From: Propionivibrio sp.
GTDB lineage: Bacteria; Pseudomonadota; Gammaproteobacteria; Burkholderiales; Rhodocyclaceae
Length of the DNA stretch: 64,000 nucleotides
Direction of reading: 5' to 3'
Assembly (NCBI RefSeq): GCF_016790145.1
Contig: NZ_JAEUOI010000026.1
Coordinates: 19,680 to 83,679, forward strand
Part shown: positions 60,396 through 64,000 of the stretch, piece after piece
How positions within the stretch are numbered: position 1 is the first letter of the stretch
Layout: each line of letters begins with the position of its first letter
Position numbers and translations under genes: made by a program
The notes under the pieces: generated by a model
The model's database searches: none
Told to the model about the DNA's origin: nothing
Seen by the model: only the letters and a program-made list of their open reading frames with translations

Positions 60396-60686
60396 ATGAA
60401 GATCGAGAGTTCGACCAAACCTCCAGGCGCAGGTGCGCCGCTTGTCAAAGAGGCCCCTGGTCATTCCGGCAGCAAAGCAGTAACGGCAACCAGCGACGAC
60501 GTACAGTTGAGCACCCTTGCTGCCCAGTTAAGCGCCTCAGATGATGAACAGGCATTTGATGCCGTTCGCGTCTCGGAAATCAAGCAGGCTATCTCGGAGG
60601 GTCGATTCACGATCAACACCGGTGCCATTGCCGAGCGCCTGATTGCCTCCGCCAGGGAGCTCGTTGATTCCCGGCTGCAGGCCTGA
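60396..60686 (+). CDS. flgM: Anti-sigma28 factor FlgM
   Basis: VQLS, RVSEIKQAISEGRFTINTGAIAERL. Confidence 0.93.
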   Translation: MKIESSTKPPGAGAPLVKEAPGHSGSKAVTATSDDVQLSTLAAQLSASDDEQAFDAVRVSEIKQAISEGRFTINTGAIAERLIASARELVDSRLQA

Positions 60687-60688
60687 TT

Positions 60689-61177
60689 TTGGCAAAAACA
60701 CAGACGCCTGGATCGACAGCCTTTCTGCAGACCCTGGTGGCCGAGGCTGAAGCAGTTCAGCAGTTCGCAGAACTACTCAAACTTGAGCAGACTTCACTGA
60801 GCAGTGGAAACACCGATGAATTGCCTGCGTTTGCCGCGCACAAGGTAAAGCTTGCCGTCCATCTGAACACCCTCTCGACACAACGCAACGCCTCACTTGC
60901 CGCGCAGGGGTTCGACGCCGATCGTGCTGGTATTGAGGCCTGGTGCGCAAAACATCCTGACGAAAAAGACGTTGCTGCTGCCTGGTCGAGGATTCTTTCG
61001 CTGGCCGGCGAGGCACGCGAGCTGAATCGTCTCAACGGCGAACTGATCCAGATCCGCATGCAATACAACGCCAAGGCGCTTGAAGCACTGCAGGGTGGAA
61101 AAAACTCGCTTGCGCTCTACGGCCCGGATGGGCAATCGACAACGACAGGTAACACGCGGATCAACGACGCAGTGTAG
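60689..61177 (+). CDS. flgN: Chaperone FlgN
   Basis: ARELNRLNGELI, LYGPDG; follows flgM. Confidence 0.88.
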   Translation: MAKTQTPGSTAFLQTLVAEAEAVQQFAELLKLEQTSLSSGNTDELPAFAAHKVKLAVHLNTLSTQRNASLAAQGFDADRAGIEAWCAKHPDEKDVAAAWSRILSLAGEARELNRLNGELIQIRMQYNAKALEALQGGKNSLALYGPDGQSTTTGNTRINDAV

Positions 61178-62008
61178 TCACTGTGGCGTCGCTGGCCGTG
61201 ATTCCGCTGCCGGCAAGGGCTTCTTTTCTGCAGTTGATGTCGCCTGCAGATCGACCTCTTTTCCTTTTTCCGGAACCGCCGAGTCGATGAGTATTGTCAC
61301 CCGGCGATTGCGCGCCCGTCCATCAGCCAGCAGGTTCGGTTCGACCGGGCGCGTATCGGCGAAGCCAATCGCCGTCAATCTTTCAGCCGCGACACCGGAA
61401 TCGGCAAACAAACGCAAAACCGTCGTTGCCCGAACCGCCGAGAGCTCCCAGTTGGAGGGAAACTGCGTGGTCTTGATCGGCACGTTATCTGTGTGCCCCT
61501 CGATGGTAATCGGGAAATCAGTCGGCGCCAGGACATCGGCAATCGCCCCCATGGCCTTCACCAGAGCGGGTTGCAGCAGCGCCTGTCCGGGTGAAAACAG
61601 GATGCTGTCGTTGATCTCGATGGTCACGCCCCGGCTTGTCTCTATCACCCGCACCTTGCCTTGTTCAATGAGAGGCGCCATGACATCCAGAATATCCTTG
61701 GCGACATTGCTCATCTTTTCGCGCTGCTTCTGTTTAACGGCTTCCTGCGCCTTGGCGGCCGCAGCCGGCTTCTGAATCACCTGGATTGGCAAGGTCACGG
61801 CAGGCGGCAATGGCGACGAGCTATTGACTGGCACATTGCGAAAGGCGCTGGACATCGAGTCGCTCAAAATTCGATACTTTCCTTCATTGACCGTAGAGAG
61901 CGCGTACATTACGACAAAGAAGGCGAACAGGAGGGTGATGAAATCCGCATACGAAACCAGCCAGCGCTCGTGGTTGTCATGCTCCTCCAGGCGTTTACGG
62001 CGAGCCAT
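61178..62008 (-). CDS. motD: Stator MotB-family protein, MotD-like
   Basis: ERWLVSYADFITLLFAFFVVMYA, EGHTDNVP, NWELSAVRA, RNRRV. Confidence 0.85.
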   Translation of the reverse strand: MARRKRLEEHDNHERWLVSYADFITLLFAFFVVMYALSTVNEGKYRILSDSMSSAFRNVPVNSSSPLPPAVTLPIQVIQKPAAAAKAQEAVKQKQREKMSNVAKDILDVMAPLIEQGKVRVIETSRGVTIEINDSILFSPGQALLQPALVKAMGAIADVLAPTDFPITIEGHTDNVPIKTTQFPSNWELSAVRATTVLRLFADSGVAAERLTAIGFADTRPVEPNLLADGRARNRRVTILIDSAVPEKGKEVDLQATSTAEKKPLPAAESRPATPQ

Positions 62009-62011
62009 AAA

Positions 62012-62752
62012 CTAAAAGATATAACCCTGGAGGCGACTTTCGATGATGCGCGGGTTGTCGCCGTTGGCGATTCCCACCAGCCCATCGACAATCATTTCGC
62101 GCTGCACGATCAGACGATTGATATGCGCCTTGAGTTTGTTGGCCATCGGCAGAAAAACCAGATTGGCCAGACCGACGCCGTAGATCGTTGCGACAAAGGC
62201 AACGGCAATCCCGGCACCAAGCTTGGACGGGTCGGAAAGATTCTCCATCACGTGTATCAGGCCCATCACGGCACCCAGAATGCCGATGGTTGGTGAGTAA
62301 CCGCCGGCCGCCTCCCAGATTCTTGCAGAGAGCTTCATTTCCTCTTCATAGGTACTGATCTCAACCTCAAGCACTTCACGCAAACGCTCCGGCTCGGCTC
62401 CGTCAACCAGCAATTGCAAACCCTTGCGGGCGAAATCATCTTTCAACTGGCTGATCACGCTTTCCAGAGCCAGCAACCCCTCACGCCGGGAAACCTGGCT
62501 CCAGCTCGATACCTGTTTGATCAATTGCAGATAGTCCACAACCGGCGGATACCATACCCAGCGAACCATGCGCACGCCGCGCACGAAGGTGGCATACGGG
62601 CTTTGCAGCATGACCGCGCCCATGGTGCCGCCAAGCACGATCAGCAGAGCGGTTGGCTGCGATAGCGAAGCGACATGCCCCCCTTCCAGAAGCTGACCAC
62701 CAATGATCGCCACAATTCCGAGCAACAAACCGAGAACGCTAATTTTGTCCAT
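62012..62752 (-). CDS. motC: Stator MotA-family protein, MotC-like
   Basis: SRREGLLALE, GGYSPTIGILGAVMGLI, AFVATIYGVG; short 246-aa form. Confidence 0.85.
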   Translation of the reverse strand: MDKISVLGLLLGIVAIIGGQLLEGGHVASLSQPTALLIVLGGTMGAVMLQSPYATFVRGVRMVRWVWYPPVVDYLQLIKQVSSWSQVSRREGLLALESVISQLKDDFARKGLQLLVDGAEPERLREVLEVEISTYEEEMKLSARIWEAAGGYSPTIGILGAVMGLIHVMENLSDPSKLGAGIAVAFVATIYGVGLANLVFLPMANKLKAHINRLIVQREMIVDGLVGIANGDNPRIIESRLQGYIF

Positions 62753-63491
62753 TCTGCCTGGCTTTCATGTTCTTGATTCCGGCATGGCCAAAAATCCGTG
62801 CACGCAGTCTGACCACCGCCTGACTGTGCAACTGGCAGACACGCGACTCGGTCACACCCATGACTTCTCCGATCTCGCGCAGGTTCAGATCCTGCTCGTA
62901 ATAGAGCGCCATCATCAATTTTTCACGTTCGGGCAGCAACTCGATGCCTTGTACCAGCATCTGACGCAGACTTTCATCTTCCAGAATCCTTGACGGCTCG
63001 CTCGCGTTGTCGGTCAAATGCCGCTCGAGAAAATTCTCATCGCCGTCTTCGACCAGGTCCTCGAAGGATATTAGCTGATGCCCGCGTGCTTCCTGCAGCA
63101 TCTTTTGATAATCGGCAAGTGTCATGTCCAGCGCATCGGCAAGTTCCTGCTCGCCAGGCGTGCGTCCGTACTCCTGCTCGAGTTGGGAAATAGCAACTTC
63201 AATGCGGCGAAAATCTCGGCGCAGACTGCGTGGCAACCAGTCGTTCTCGCGCAAACCATCAAGCATGGCGCCGCGCACACGCTGCGCCGCATAGGTTTCA
63301 AACTGAGCGCCCATCCCTGCCTCAAAGCGGTTTATGGCATCAAGCAAGCCCATCATGCCGTTCTGAATCAGATCGTCGACCTGGACACTGGAAGGCAATC
63401 GAGCCATCAAATGATAGGCGATGCGCTTTACGAGCGGAGCGAAGCGCTGTACCAATTGATCCTTGCTGATCTGACCAGCCGCGTTATACAT
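62739..63491 (-). CDS. fliA: Flagellar sigma factor sigma28
   Basis: DDLIQNGMMGL, FETYAAQRVRGAMLDGLRENDW, LYYEQDLNLREIG..TESRVCQLH. Confidence 0.97.
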   Translation of the reverse strand: MYNAAGQISKDQLVQRFAPLVKRIAYHLMARLPSSVQVDDLIQNGMMGLLDAINRFEAGMGAQFETYAAQRVRGAMLDGLRENDWLPRSLRRDFRRIEVAISQLEQEYGRTPGEQELADALDMTLADYQKMLQEARGHQLISFEDLVEDGDENFLERHLTDNASEPSRILEDESLRQMLVQGIELLPEREKLMMALYYEQDLNLREIGEVMGVTESRVCQLHSQAVVRLRARIFGHAGIKNMKARQNGQN

Positions 63492-63503
63492 GGTTTGAAA
63501 CTA

Positions 63504-64000
63504 TCAAGCGTAAATGGCTATCGGATCGATTTTCTGGCTCAAGTGTAGCAGTTGTTGCACGAATTGTTCGAGCCCGCCGCTGTCATCGCCGGCCACAGGC
63601 CAGTTAAGCAGATCACTGGCCAACGTTCGATAGGCATTTGCCGAGGGCGAGTCAGGGAATAGTCCGACGACGGGCTGGCACAGACGCGATGCCTGCCTCA
63701 GTTGTTCGTCAAGTGGAGTAAAACCGGCGTACTCAAGACGCGCCAGGCCACGGCTGTGAGCCACCTGGGCAATATTGCCGTAGATCGCCTCGGCTTCATC
63801 CTGAACACGCACCTTATTTACCAGTATCCGAAAGTTTTTGCGTGCGTAACCCAGGCTGACTTTCTTGATCAATGCATAGGCATCTGTAATCGACTGCCCG
63901 GAAGACGATATGACGATGACCGTATCGAGTGCAGCAAGACCCAGCGGTGAAAAGCCAAGCGGATGATCTAGGGAGGCGTCCACCAGTATCACATCGGCCG
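63504..64000 (-). CDS. fleN: MinD/ParA-family flagellar number regulator FleN/FlhG, 5' end outside the window
   Basis: ILVDA, SITDAYALIK, ILVNKV; directly upstream of fliA. Confidence 0.75.
   Translation of the reverse strand, partial: ADVILVDASLDHPLGFSPLGLAALDTVIVISSSGQSITDAYALIKKVSLGYARKNFRILVNKVRVQDEAEAIYGNIAQVAHSRGLARLEYAGFTPLDEQLRQASRLCQPVVGLFPDSPSANAYRTLASDLLNWPVAGDDSGGLEQFVQQLLHLSQKIDPIAIYA

Noticed and set aside
1-64000. CRISPR array, tRNA, rRNA, prophage or integrase
   Set aside because: No regularly spaced repeats, cloverleafs, rRNA-like tracts or phage/integrase motifs seen by eye

Overview
Chromosomal window from a betaproteobacterium, probably Rhodocyclales-like (inferred from gene order and protein style). 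Three blocks. (1) 1-13.4 kb, housekeeping core: grpE (partial), hemH, hrcA, nadK, recN, fur, bamE, dapB, interspersed with a Ser/Thr kinase-cNMP protein, a DxDxDG-repeat protein, a SprA-related HExxH protein and a hybrid histidine kinase. (2) About 13.5-32.8 kb, an accessory region: a frameshifted orphan type I secretion ABC transporter, a PepSY/OmpR-type two-component system, hemG, two adjacent candidate NAD(P)H-to-periplasm electron-transfer modules, and a P-type ATPase/TerB-like/CDF set. Module A is SHP + diheme cytochrome c + a NOX/ferric-reductase-like flavocytochrome. Module B is a membrane-anchored FNR-[2Fe-2S] reductase + a 4-His membrane protein + an octaheme cytochrome c. The region ends in a scar of hisD, IS1634 and ISNCY fragments. 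(3) 32.9-64 kb, a large flagellar cluster (ycgR, fliE, fleSR, fliF-R, flgB-L, flgAMN, motCD-like, fliA, partial fleN) with clear sigma54 and sigma28 promoters. No rRNA, tRNA or CRISPR array seen. The best candidate for an undescribed system is the paired redox-conduit locus at 20.7-26.5 kb. Family assignments come from motif recognition, not database searches.
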